Shown here: piece by piece, positions 24,260 to 33,702 of the stretch
How the letters are laid out: the number at the start of each line of letters is the position of its first letter
Numbering within the stretch: position 1 is the first letter of the stretch
Assembly: GCA_020630515.1 (NCBI GenBank)
Contig: JAHDBG010000001.1
Coordinates: 3,197 to 67,196 of the forward strand
Origin: Gammaproteobacteria bacterium
GTDB taxonomy: Bacteria; Pseudomonadota; Gammaproteobacteria; Chromatiales; Chromatiaceae
DNA: 64,000 nt
Reading direction: 5' to 3'
The notes under the pieces: model-generated
Databases searched by the model: none
The model's input: the letters and a program-made list of their open reading frames with translations, nothing else
What the model was told of the DNA's origin: nothing
Program-made: the position numbers and the translations under genes

Positions 24260-26281
24260 TCATGTCAGAAATGCGGCTCTTTTTTTATCTACACCAGCAT
24301 TTCTTAAACCAATAATTAAAAATATGGCATTAACTAAAATAGCTGTCATAATGCTGAAGTGAAAAATGAAGGCACCGGACAGGTTGATAATACCTGGAAC
24401 TATAGCAACCATGAAACTATTCTTCAATTGTATTTCTAATTTTTTAGCCAGATTAAATAACTCATGTAAATGAGATAAGTTTCCATCCAGAAAAATAATT
24501 GAAGCTGTATCTGTAGCAACGTGGGCAGCACCTTGCATGGATATTGATACATTTGCTGTTTTTAAGGCAATACCATCATTAATGCCATCACCTATAAAAC
24601 AGACTTTTCTCCCTTTTTCCTGTAATTTTTTAACGATTGATGCCTTATCTTCAGGTAGAACTTCGTAAAAATATTCATCCGCATCAATTTCCTGAGCAAC
24701 CTTATGAGTGGGTAAACGATGGTCGCCGGAAACAACACCAATATGCTCAACACCATAATTGCGTAATTGCTGAATAACAGAGCAGACGTTCTCCTGAAGT
24801 TTTGCCTGAATTTCAATAATACCAATCACTTGCTGTTCAATAGAAACTAATACGAAAGAATTTCCCTGACCCTGAATATCAGCCAGATTATTCTTTAGCT
24901 GCTTGGGTATGTCAATACCCTGAGCTTGTATGAACCGTTCACTACCAACGTTAATACATTGTTGCCTGAGCCGCACACTAACTCCATTGCCTAAATGATA
25001 TTCGGAATGATCAAAAGCAGTTAATGGAATATTTAATGTTCTGGCCTTAGATAAAATAGCTTCGCCAATTGGATGGTTACATTTTTGTTCAGCAATGGCT
25101 GCATATCGTAATATTTCCATTTCCGCATAATCAGCAAGTGGAACAATACGGCATACTTCAGGACAAGGGTCAGTCAGTGTACCTGTTTTATCAAATAACA
25201 CCGTATCTACTCCGGCTAATTCTTCTAACGCTCTACCATCTTTTACCAGAATTTTCTGATTTACGGCATAATTAATATAATTAAGTGTCGTTAACGGTGA
25301 AAATAACCTGACTCTATTACCGACATGGCTTTTCAGAAATATGATGGCCGAGCTTATACCAAATGTTGGTATGACAAATAATGAAGCCAGCAGAGTAGGC
25401 AAAATAGCTGCATCTGACCATTGTTCCCCTTTTAATTGTAAAGTTGATTTAAAATCAACAGAGTGCTCAAGCAGATGGTTAATTTTAGCGACTGTGGTAT
25501 CAGTACCTGATTTTGTAACCTGAAGTAATAGTTTACCACTGGTTAATAAAGTTGATGCATAAACATCATCATGTAGCATTTTTTCGACAGGTTGCGCTTC
25601 TCCGGTTAATATTCTTTCATCAATGCCACCTGAACCTTCAACAATTTTACCATCAACTGGAATGACTTCTCCGGCATTCACAATAATAATATCTTTCTGT
25701 TCCACTGTTTCTGAAGGAATTTCAATCTCAATACCATCACGAAGTACCCAGATATTTCCGGACTGTTCAGTGAAATTTTTAATTAATGTCTGAGAGGAAT
25801 TGTCTTTTGCTTTGGTGATCAGAAAATTAGAGCAGTGCACAAAGAGTATGCCTAAAGCAGCAGCAGTATACTGACTGGTTGCTAAAGTCATTGAATCTGC
25901 AAAAAGAAATAATGCACTTACACCGATTTTTTTATCTTGGCGTAGTGATTTTTCGACACTTTTAATACACGGTAGCGTTATATAAAAAAATAAACCTAAA
26001 TTCAGTAGCCTTAGCTGCGGGAAAAATAATTCTGTACTAGCCGAAAAGGCAATGGATACTAAACTTAATTTAGTATATCTTGCATGTTCCGAGGGTGTTT
26101 CCAGTAAAGGCACTATGGGTGATGAAGCGACCATAGACTTTATAGCCTTCGGAACTTTTATATTCATATGGTCTTCAATATCTTTATAGCTATATTTTAT
26201 TTTCTTTTTTTTTTCTCTTCTTGTTTCCAGCTTACGTATCCCGGCATAAATGGCATACATAAGGCCTGCTTCAATTAACAT
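24260..26281 (-). CDS. P1B-like P-type ATPase lacking a CPx motif and an N-terminal metal-binding domain (copy 1)
   Basis: TGEAQPVEK, DKTGTLT, the N-domain NHP and GDGINDGIALK are all present. There is no GMxCxxC and no C-P-C/H/S triplet in the helix preceding ILVKDG. Confidence 0.85.
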   Translation of the reverse strand: MLIEAGLMYAIYAGIRKLETRREKKKKIKYSYKDIEDHMNIKVPKAIKSMVASSPIVPLLETPSEHARYTKLSLVSIAFSASTELFFPQLRLLNLGLFFYITLPCIKSVEKSLRQDKKIGVSALFLFADSMTLATSQYTAAALGILFVHCSNFLITKAKDNSSQTLIKNFTEQSGNIWVLRDGIEIEIPSETVEQKDIIIVNAGEVIPVDGKIVEGSGGIDERILTGEAQPVEKMLHDDVYASTLLTSGKLLLQVTKSGTDTTVAKINHLLEHSVDFKSTLQLKGEQWSDAAILPTLLASLFVIPTFGISSAIIFLKSHVGNRVRLFSPLTTLNYINYAVNQKILVKDGRALEELAGVDTVLFDKTGTLTDPCPEVCRIVPLADYAEMEILRYAAIAEQKCNHPIGEAILSKARTLNIPLTAFDHSEYHLGNGVSVRLRQQCINVGSERFIQAQGIDIPKQLKNNLADIQGQGNSFVLVSIEQQVIGIIEIQAKLQENVCSVIQQLRNYGVEHIGVVSGDHRLPTHKVAQEIDADEYFYEVLPEDKASIVKKLQEKGRKVCFIGDGINDGIALKTANVSISMQGAAHVATDTASIIFLDGNLSHLHELFNLAKKLEIQLKNSFMVAIVPGIINLSGAFIFHFSIMTAILVNAIFLIIGLRNAGVDKKRAAFLT

Positions 26282-26297
26282 TTACATCTCACTGTTT

Positions 26298-27452
26298 TCA
26301 GTTAGTTTCTGGTTCAGCGGAAACTTGATCCAGATAACGGGATAACCTGGTTAAACCTGTCTCAATATGATGTTTCGGACATGCAAAATTCAAGCGCAGA
26401 AAACCATGATCATGGTCTTGAAAGTCAATACCCGGAGTAGAGCTCAGTGCATAATAACGCGCTAAGTCTAACGAAGCCTGCAGAGTATCACAGCATGATT
26501 TTGTTATATCTATTAACGCAAAAAAACCTGCTTCAGGTTGCAAACGAAGTTTGAATCCCAGATTTTGAGCGGTATAGCTGAAAAAAGACCAGTTATCGCG
26601 TAACATCGCACGGTGTTTGCTGATTAATTCATCCCAATAGTGTAGTAGATGATTTGCCACTATCTGGCTGGGCAGGCTGGTACACATGTTCAGAATGGCT
26701 TTAACATTAGTCATCAACTGCACTTGTGATTCCGGCACGATCAGATAACCGATTCGAAAACCAGCAATTGCCAATGATTTTGAAAGACTGCTGACAACGA
26801 TATGTTGATTTGTAAAATGAATAGCGGAAGGAATGGTTTCATCCAGCAATGGTAAGGATTGATAAACCTCATCGAAGATCACAGGCACACCCATGCTGGT
26901 AATATATTCCAGTTCATCTGAACACAAAAATGTGCCGTGTGGATTGCTGGGGGAGTTGATTATAATAGCCCGTGTTTTATCGGAAATGAGTTGTGGTAAG
27001 CATTCAACATCAATATAGCCTTCATCGCGCATAGGGGCCAGACGATAGCCCGCTTTAAGAATTCTGACCATCACATTGTAAGCCGGATAACGTGAAGCAG
27101 GCAGAATCACTTCTCCTCCATCTTCCAGTAACATCGCCAGAGCAATCGTCATAGCTCCGGACGCCCCATCAGTAATGCAAACCCGATCTGGTGTCAAATC
27201 ATAATCAAACTTTTCCTGATAGTAACGACAAATAGCCTGCCGTAGACTTTCCAGGCCTGCGATATCACCATAACTGATATGCTTACCTAATTCTGTACGG
27301 CTGAGGTGGAAGTCGATATGACTGAAGGGATTAAAAGAGGAGGTACCCTTTCCAAAATTGATAGGGTCAAGCTTACCATGCACTGTGTTGTCAAACATAT
27401 CCATGACTTTATCCATCATCAGAGCTGGATATGCACAATTGTTTTCAGACAC
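26298..27452 (-). CDS. Class I/II PLP-dependent aminotransferase
   Basis: NSPSNPHG is present, and the PLP-lysine block is SSLSKSLAIAGFRIGY. Length is 384 aa. Confidence 0.85.
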   Translation of the reverse strand: MSENNCAYPALMMDKVMDMFDNTVHGKLDPINFGKGTSSFNPFSHIDFHLSRTELGKHISYGDIAGLESLRQAICRYYQEKFDYDLTPDRVCITDGASGAMTIALAMLLEDGGEVILPASRYPAYNVMVRILKAGYRLAPMRDEGYIDVECLPQLISDKTRAIIINSPSNPHGTFLCSDELEYITSMGVPVIFDEVYQSLPLLDETIPSAIHFTNQHIVVSSLSKSLAIAGFRIGYLIVPESQVQLMTNVKAILNMCTSLPSQIVANHLLHYWDELISKHRAMLRDNWSFFSYTAQNLGFKLRLQPEAGFFALIDITKSCCDTLQASLDLARYYALSSTPGIDFQDHDHGFLRLNFACPKHHIETGLTRLSRYLDQVSAEPETN

Positions 27453-27455
27453 TTG

Positions 27456-28439
27456 TTATGTCCTCTGAGAGTGTGCCTGATGTAATCTATCCAGCACTTG
27501 CGATAGTGTTTTATAATATTCGCGTGATATCTTGTTTACTATCTTATCCAGATCATCCGGGTATTTTTCCACCAGTTGTTCACTCCAGACAGGATCAATA
27601 TTTTTTTGTGCTAATAAATAGTATAAACGACGTTGTTTTTCATCATCTTGTTTAAGAGACCAGCGCTCACAAAATGCCAGTGTATCCTGCTTAAGATGCA
27701 AGTCCGCTAAATTATTAGTTATTAAATAATTCTCCAATGGTGTATTGCCGCCTGACAAGCCAAAACCATGTAACGAAACGTCAATCAGATCACAGCCAGA
27801 CGAAAATGCCCGACTCGAATTTTCGATCGCGTTACCCAAGGTGTCGTGTGCATGAAAGCCCAGAGGTTGATCAACTTCCTTTTTTGCTAATGTAATCAGC
27901 GACTCAACCTCATGAGGATACAATGCGCCTCGGGAGTCAGCCAGATATACCCGGTCTATACTTCTTGAGGATACGATTTTTTGCAGCAGATAAGCAATTT
28001 CATCGTGTCGGTAGGAAGAAATACAGATCAGGTTCAAACTAACCTTAATAGTTGCAGACTGTTCATGCAGATAATCGGCGATGATTAATGCTTCCTTCAT
28101 GGCGTCTTCTGTACAGGTCAGACGAATTAAAGAAAGATATTGCAGCTTGCCCGCAACAGCCTCTTTCCAGCCATCTTCCAGTGGATTCAACATGCCTACC
28201 CAATGCATCTTGGGATATGCATAGGTAATGTGCTCCAGAAATTTAATCGGACAACCATTCACCGATGAAGTTGTTCTGGCAGGTGTGCGTAAAAAGCCGA
28301 TCTCTACCTGATGAATGCCTTGCTTACAGATAAAATCAATCATAGCCATGATTTCTTCGGTAGAAAACTGCCATTGGTTCAGGTAACCACCGTCTCGTAA
28401 AGTTACATCAAGAATATTACTCAAAGAAATATTTTTCAT
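27456..28439 (-). CDS. HMGL-like (pyruvate carboxyltransferase/aldolase TIM-barrel) enzyme
   Basis: DVTLRDGGY lies near the N-terminus, and HAHDTLGNAIENS is the second metal-binding motif. At 327 aa it has no IPMS-type regulatory domain. Confidence 0.75.
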   Translation of the reverse strand: MKNISLSNILDVTLRDGGYLNQWQFSTEEIMAMIDFICKQGIHQVEIGFLRTPARTTSSVNGCPIKFLEHITYAYPKMHWVGMLNPLEDGWKEAVAGKLQYLSLIRLTCTEDAMKEALIIADYLHEQSATIKVSLNLICISSYRHDEIAYLLQKIVSSRSIDRVYLADSRGALYPHEVESLITLAKKEVDQPLGFHAHDTLGNAIENSSRAFSSGCDLIDVSLHGFGLSGGNTPLENYLITNNLADLHLKQDTLAFCERWSLKQDDEKQRRLYYLLAQKNIDPVWSEQLVEKYPDDLDKIVNKISREYYKTLSQVLDRLHQAHSQRT

Positions 28440-28483
28440 TTTTTTGTCTGATTTTTTTTCAAATTAGTGAATGATCATGAGGA

Positions 28484-29803
28484 TTATGCAGGTGAAAAAC
28501 GATAATTTAAACGTTGTTTTATATCTGCAAGGATGTTCAATATTTCCTCACGGCTGTTACCCGGAATACTGATCATACAATAGCGATAAGTGTCAATAGA
28601 ACGTTTGGATTCAGAGAGCTTTTTGATGCCAGGTGGAATACGGTTAACAATCTTGATATCCGGATAGGATAAATATATTGCGGACAAATTGTCAGTATCA
28701 GGAGTTTCCAGAATATGCTGATCTTCAAAGGTGCGTAATTCACATGAATAGCAAAGAGAATAGGTAGATGCCTGTCTGGTAGGTGGCTTGTCACCACAAG
28801 CAAGAGCACACATCGTTGTCAGCATATCATCGCCGCTGGCCATGGCATACAGATTTTCGTATTGAACGACTGCTCTCGGGTTGATTTCGATAATGGTTAG
28901 TTTGTCTTTCTCAAAATCAATATAAAATTCAATATCGAATTCAGTATTGTCCAGGCCAGTATGTGCAACAAAACGTTGCACCATGCGCTCAATCTGGTAC
29001 CGCCATCGATCAGGCAAATCTGCCGGGCATTCATGATATTCAAAGCTTTTTGAGTTCGGCAGAAAATATTCAGCTACGATTCCATGCAAACTGATTTCAC
29101 CATTGACGATATAGCCATTAACTGCAAATTGCCGCCCTGCAATGATTTCTTCACACAGATATTGGTTGCAATTTCCAGCACTTTGTAACAGCCTGCTATT
29201 ACCGAATACGGTAGTTAGTGCTTCGATATAGGGTTGATTGAACTGTTGCAGCATCAGGCGTTCATTATTGATTTTTTTATGCAGTTCCTGTGCGGAGTGA
29301 ACGATCGCGCAACCAAAAGAACCTGCTGCCCGAACAGGCTTAGCAAAAACGGGAGTAATAGCAAACTTGCTAGCGGCGTAATCCTCAGCAGATGCAAATG
29401 CTGGCGTATGTTCAGGTACACTTTCCTGCTGCAACATTCTGCAATATAGTTTATTCTGGCAACGTGCAATACTTTCAAGTGGCGGGGCGATTTTGTCTGA
29501 CAGGTGAGCAATAGCAGCAGCGATGGCATTAGGTGTGTCAAAAAAGCCAGTGACCCCGTCAAAAAATCCTTTGTGCTCTTTAATAGCATCTGATATTGCT
29601 TCGATATAGTGTCGTACACCCATTACCTGGATAGCTTCAATGGATTCGTTGATCACTTCGTAATCAGGATGTTCACGAAATTTTTCTTCTAAAAATGTCA
29701 AAGAATTACTTTCGGAAATCATCAATACACGCTTACGGTGAGAGTCTTTTTCAGGTGTATAACGTTGTAGCGTATCCGATATCAGACTATTATGTGAATT
29801 CAT
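28484..29803 (-). CDS. ATP-grasp ligase (L-amino-acid-ligase-like)
   Basis: The 439-aa protein has a pre-ATP-grasp N-domain. Its central blocks are FAKPVRAAGSFGCAIV, LCEEIIAGRQFAVNGYIVNGE and IIEINPRA, which is the ATP-grasp fold pattern. Confidence 0.72.
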   Translation of the reverse strand: MNSHNSLISDTLQRYTPEKDSHRKRVLMISESNSLTFLEEKFREHPDYEVINESIEAIQVMGVRHYIEAISDAIKEHKGFFDGVTGFFDTPNAIAAAIAHLSDKIAPPLESIARCQNKLYCRMLQQESVPEHTPAFASAEDYAASKFAITPVFAKPVRAAGSFGCAIVHSAQELHKKINNERLMLQQFNQPYIEALTTVFGNSRLLQSAGNCNQYLCEEIIAGRQFAVNGYIVNGEISLHGIVAEYFLPNSKSFEYHECPADLPDRWRYQIERMVQRFVAHTGLDNTEFDIEFYIDFEKDKLTIIEINPRAVVQYENLYAMASGDDMLTTMCALACGDKPPTRQASTYSLCYSCELRTFEDQHILETPDTDNLSAIYLSYPDIKIVNRIPPGIKKLSESKRSIDTYRYCMISIPGNSREEILNILADIKQRLNYRFSPA

Positions 29804-29918
29804 TATTTTGTGGGGTGTATGGGGTAGGGTACTGGCGCACGGATAGCATACCAGGTAACGCTTTGTGCAGTGGTACGATCGCCTCTGCGGCTGTTTTCAA
29901 GTAGGTGCCATCGGTGCA

Positions 29919-30698
29919 TCAGGAGGGTGGTACACGTCGCCACTGGATACCGGTGCCAACCCATTGACCAATCAGCTCTTTGAGCATCTTAGCATTATCA
30001 TCCAGGTCATCTGTATCGGGTATCCAGTGCCGCCAGCCACCCTTATAGGGTAGTTTGTAGTCGGTGGCTGCTGGTATCGGGTGCAGACCGGCGTGCTGAA
30101 AGTGTGCCAGTGCGCGGGTCATATGGAATGCTGAAGTGACCAGTAACACGGTCTGAATACCACGCTGGCGCAATAATTCAGTACTGAACTGTGCATTTTG
30201 TTGTGTGTTCCGGCTGCGTTCTTCCAGTAAAATAGCGGATGCCGGAACGCCCAGATCCAACAATAACTGCTGCATGGCAGCAGCTTCTGATATGGTATGT
30301 AATTGTGGATTGCGGCCACCGGATAATATGATCAGCGGCGCCCTGCCCGCATGATACAACTGTGCGCCATACCAGACCCGGTCAGTTGCCTGGTTCAGGT
30401 CCGGCTGCAGATGTTCGCTATCTGGTGGGGTGATGCCACCGCCCAGAATGACCATTGCCTCTGTGCGGGGTAACTGACCCGGTGCCTGTGGTGGAAAAGG
30501 TGCACTGATCTGACCTGCGAGCCAGATGCTGACCGCAGGCACAGACCAGAACCACAGCCAGGCGATGGCCAGGGTGCCAGATAGCCAGGCCAGGCGTCGC
30601 CGACCAGCCAGACCCAGTATTAACCCGATCAGTCCGAGTAGCAGGCTGCTGCCCAGTGGTGACAGGAGTGCAGTTGCTATCTTCGCCAGTATCATCAT
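29919..30698 (-). CDS. DUF218 / YdcF-ElyC family protein
   Basis: N-terminal TM segments precede VILGGG...ILSGG and a [12 protein letters not shown]-type core. The track start at 30740 overlaps accA, so I prefer the ATG at 30698. Confidence 0.7.
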   Translation of the reverse strand: MMILAKIATALLSPLGSSLLLGLIGLILGLAGRRRLAWLSGTLAIAWLWFWSVPAVSIWLAGQISAPFPPQAPGQLPRTEAMVILGGGITPPDSEHLQPDLNQATDRVWYGAQLYHAGRAPLIILSGGRNPQLHTISEAAAMQQLLLDLGVPASAILLEERSRNTQQNAQFSTELLRQRGIQTVLLVTSAFHMTRALAHFQHAGLHPIPAATDYKLPYKGGWRHWIPDTDDLDDNAKMLKELIGQWVGTGIQWRRVPPS

Positions 30699-30710
30699 CT
30701 GAATGTTGCT

Positions 30711-31667
30711 ATGAATCTTGATTTTCTTGAATTTGAACAACCAATTGCCGAAATGCTGGCAAAGATTGAAGAATTGCGCATGATGGGCAATGACAGCCAG
30801 GTTGACATCCAGGATGAGATTGCACGCCTGGAGGCCAAGAGCAAGGCCCTGACGGCCTCAATCTTCAGTCGGCTGACGCCCTGGCAGACCACCCAATTAG
30901 CGCGTCATCCATTACGCCCTTATACGTTAGATTATATCGAACAGATTGTCGATGATTTTCAGGAGTTGCACGGGGATCGCAGTTTTGCCGATGATCCATC
31001 CATTGTCGCCGGTATCGGTCGATTGGCCGGGAAACCCCTGATGCTGATCGGGCATCAGAAAGGCCGGAATACGCAACAGAAGATCCGGCGTAATTTCGGT
31101 ATGCCACGCCCGGAGGGGTATCGTAAGGCGCTACGCCTGTTACAGATGGCAGAACGTTTCCGATTGCCGGTGGTGACCTTCATTGATACACCCGGAGCCT
31201 ATCCCGGCGTCGGCGCCGAAGAACGTGGTCAGAGTGAGGCGATTGCACGCAATCTGTTTGTGATGGCCGGTTTGCGGACACCGATTGTCGCGGTGGTGAT
31301 TGGTGAAGGTGGTTCCGGTGGTGCACTGGCCATTGGCGTGGCGGATCGAGTTCTGATGCTGCAATATGGCACCTATTCGGTAATTTCACCAGAAGGTTGT
31401 GCGTCTATTTTGTGGAAGGATGCGGCCAAGGCCGATCTGGCCGCTGAAGCGATGGCGATTACCGCATCGGATCTGAAACAACAAGGCTTGATTGATGAGA
31501 TTATTCCGGAGCCGACGGGCGGCGCACACCGTGATTATGCCACTATGGCGAATAATCTGAAGGCCGCCATGGTGGATGCACTGGAGCCACTCGTGACAGA
31601 ACTGCCAGACTTGTTGATGGAAAACCGGCAGAAGCGTTTGTTGGCGTATGGTGCCTTCAGCGCGTAA
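30711..31667 (+). CDS. accA: Acetyl-CoA carboxylase carboxyltransferase subunit alpha
   Basis: [23 protein letters not shown] and [27 protein letters not shown] match the AccA pattern. Confidence 0.95.
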   Translation: MNLDFLEFEQPIAEMLAKIEELRMMGNDSQVDIQDEIARLEAKSKALTASIFSRLTPWQTTQLARHPLRPYTLDYIEQIVDDFQELHGDRSFADDPSIVAGIGRLAGKPLMLIGHQKGRNTQQKIRRNFGMPRPEGYRKALRLLQMAERFRLPVVTFIDTPGAYPGVGAEERGQSEAIARNLFVMAGLRTPIVAVVIGEGGSGGALAIGVADRVLMLQYGTYSVISPEGCASILWKDAAKADLAAEAMAITASDLKQQGLIDEIIPEPTGGAHRDYATMANNLKAAMVDALEPLVTELPDLLMENRQKRLLAYGAFSA

Positions 31668-32997
31668 ACTATCATCTTTTTGTCCCGCGCAATTACTGAC
31701 ACAATTGCGCGACCTGCCACGACCGGCGCATTATCTGGTTGCGTACAGCGGTGGAGTGGATTCACATGTTCTGCTACATGCGCTCGCAACCTGCCGGGGT
31801 CAGTATATGATTTCTCTGCAGGCGATCCATGTGCAGCATGGCCTGCATCCTGAGGCAGGGAAGTGGGCAGCCCATTGTCAGGCGGTCTGTCAAGCGCTGG
31901 ACATTCCGTTGCAGATTGTTTCTGTGCAATTGCAGCGACCAGCCGGCGCCAGCCTGGAGGCGGTTGCACGCGAAGCACGCTATGCCGCGTGTCAGCAACA
32001 TGCCTTGCCGGGCACCATGCTGCTGACGGCACACCATGCGGATGATCAGGCTGAAACAGTGCTGCTGCAGTTGTTACGCGGTGCCGGCATCGCTGGTCTG
32101 GCAGCGATGCCGATCTGCCGTACCACACCATCGGGTTGGCATGCCCGACCCTGTCTGCACTGGTCGCGTCAGGCATTGCAGCAGTATGCGCAACAACATG
32201 CTCTGACCTGGATTGAAGACCCGAGCAACCAGAATACCGATTTTGATCGGAATTATATCCGTCAGCAGGTCATGCCGTTATTGCAGGCACGCTGGCCAGC
32301 TGCGAACCGGACTCTGGCACGTAGCGCCAGCCATGTCGCAGCGATACTACCGCTGGTTCAGGCACAGGCCCGGCGGGATCTGGCGGACAGTTGCGACCTG
32401 ACCGGGCATCTGCGGGTGTCGGTATTGCGCGAGTTGCCGGAGGTGCGTTGTCAGCAGGTGTTACGTGCCTGGATCCACCAGACTGACCATCCGGTGCCGA
32501 ATCAGGCGCAATTGTCAGAAATAGTAGACCAGGTTATTTATGCCGCACCTGACAGCCAGCCGCAGATTGCCTGGCAGAATAGTGAGTTACGTCGTTATCG
32601 GGATGTGCTGTGGTTATTGCATCGGCCATTACCGCCACTGCCGGACAAGCCGTTGGTCTGGCCGGTACAGATGCAGACATTGACATTACCCGTCGGATGT
32701 GGAGTGTTGCGCCGTATACCGGCGGAGCAGGGGTTACCGGCTCAATATTGGCAGCAGGGACGGGTATCGGTGCGCTGGCGTCGTCAGGGTATCCGTTGCC
32801 GGCCTGCTGGCCGACAGGGTCACCGCAGCTTTAAAAAGCTGTGCCAGGACTATGGTGTCCCACCCTGGCAACGGTCTTATGTGCCGTTGTTGTATCTGGA
32901 TGATCAGTTGATTGCGGTGGCTGATATCTGTCTGTGCATGGAGCCGATCACGGGTGATACCTGTCATCAGTTACAGTGGTTGCGGGATAATGGTTAA
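31648..32997 (+). CDS. tilS: tRNA(Ile)-lysidine synthase
   Basis: The PP-loop [12 protein letters not shown] is present. The accA-tilS order is conserved, and length is 449 aa. Confidence 0.85.
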   Translation: MVPSARKLSSFCPAQLLTQLRDLPRPAHYLVAYSGGVDSHVLLHALATCRGQYMISLQAIHVQHGLHPEAGKWAAHCQAVCQALDIPLQIVSVQLQRPAGASLEAVAREARYAACQQHALPGTMLLTAHHADDQAETVLLQLLRGAGIAGLAAMPICRTTPSGWHARPCLHWSRQALQQYAQQHALTWIEDPSNQNTDFDRNYIRQQVMPLLQARWPAANRTLARSASHVAAILPLVQAQARRDLADSCDLTGHLRVSVLRELPEVRCQQVLRAWIHQTDHPVPNQAQLSEIVDQVIYAAPDSQPQIAWQNSELRRYRDVLWLLHRPLPPLPDKPLVWPVQMQTLTLPVGCGVLRRIPAEQGLPAQYWQQGRVSVRWRRQGIRCRPAGRQGHRSFKKLCQDYGVPPWQRSYVPLLYLDDQLIAVADICLCMEPITGDTCHQLQWLRDNG

Positions 32998-33686
32998 GAA
33001 CGACAGAATTCATAAAATTCGGACCGGTAATCTGTATTCTGAGCAAGATAATCGCCCGAAAACTGCGTTGTCTTCATCGCAGCACCGGCATGTTTCACGC
33101 CTCGGCAACTGACACAATGGTGTTCGGCCGCGACCATCACCGCGACCCCGATATTGCCTGTGCAGATCTGATCAACCATATGATGTATGGCTAAGGTCAT
33201 CTGTTCCTGAATCGTACCGCGCCGCGAGCATTGTTCAACAATGCGATTTAACTTGGACAGCCCGACCACTTGGCCGTCCTGACGTGGGATATACGCAATA
33301 TGGACTCGTCCCAGAATCGTCTGATGATGGTGCGAACACATTGAAGTCAGCGGGATATTACCCTCAAACACCTGTCCGTTGTAGCCGTCACATGGAAAAC
33401 TGGTGATGTTATTTAATGGCTCATACCGGCCTTGCCATAAATCGTGGACGTAGGCCTTCGCGACTCGTCTTGGAGTATCTGCTGAGTTCGGATCCTGTTG
33501 CCAGTTACAGCCTAGTGCGTTCAGAAAATGGCCGAAATGTTGTGCTGCTTCGGCAATAATCGCCTCTTTTTCGGCTGTTGTGAGACGGGCCTGATTGCCA
33601 TGTTGCGCTTGTTTAGCAGCTAACTGGGTTGAAATGCCATTCGCATATCCGACTGGAGCCAGTTCCAGGCTATGTTGTTTTTTCAT
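32994..33686 (-). CDS. folE: GTP cyclohydrolase I (FolE type IA) variant
   Basis: TPRRVAKAY, TSMCSHHHQTILGRVHIAYIP, VGLSKLNRIV, QEQMT and HHCVSCRG align with E. coli FolE ([21 protein letters not shown] ... HYCVKARG). ATG 33686 has an AAGGA RBS. The track start at 33770 overlaps the upstream ATPase. Confidence 0.82.
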   Translation of the reverse strand: MKKQHSLELAPVGYANGISTQLAAKQAQHGNQARLTTAEKEAIIAEAAQHFGHFLNALGCNWQQDPNSADTPRRVAKAYVHDLWQGRYEPLNNITSFPCDGYNGQVFEGNIPLTSMCSHHHQTILGRVHIAYIPRQDGQVVGLSKLNRIVEQCSRRGTIQEQMTLAIHHMVDQICTGNIGVAVMVAAEHHCVSCRGVKHAGAAMKTTQFSGDYLAQNTDYRSEFYEFCRS

Positions 33687-33702
33687 AACATCCTTGTCTG
33701 TA

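Noticed and set aside
27456-29803. The ATP-grasp plus HMGL-like pair as a split pyruvate carboxylase, or the operon as a phosphonate (rhizocticin-like) cluster.
   Set aside because: The ATP-grasp lacks biotin-carboxylase hallmarks and no biotin carrier (AMKM) is encoded. No PEP mutase or phosphonopyruvate decarboxylase is present in or near the operon.
28484-29918. The ATP-grasp gene as a graspetide/microviridin-type RiPP maturase with a precursor peptide upstream.
   Set aside because: The 115-nt upstream gap holds only 4-19-codon ORFs. The longest, MLSVRQYPTPYTPQNNEFT, overlaps the ATP-grasp start. None has an RBS or a Thr/Ser plus Asp/Glu core-like repeat. The neighbouring genes are small-molecule enzymes rather than RiPP partners.
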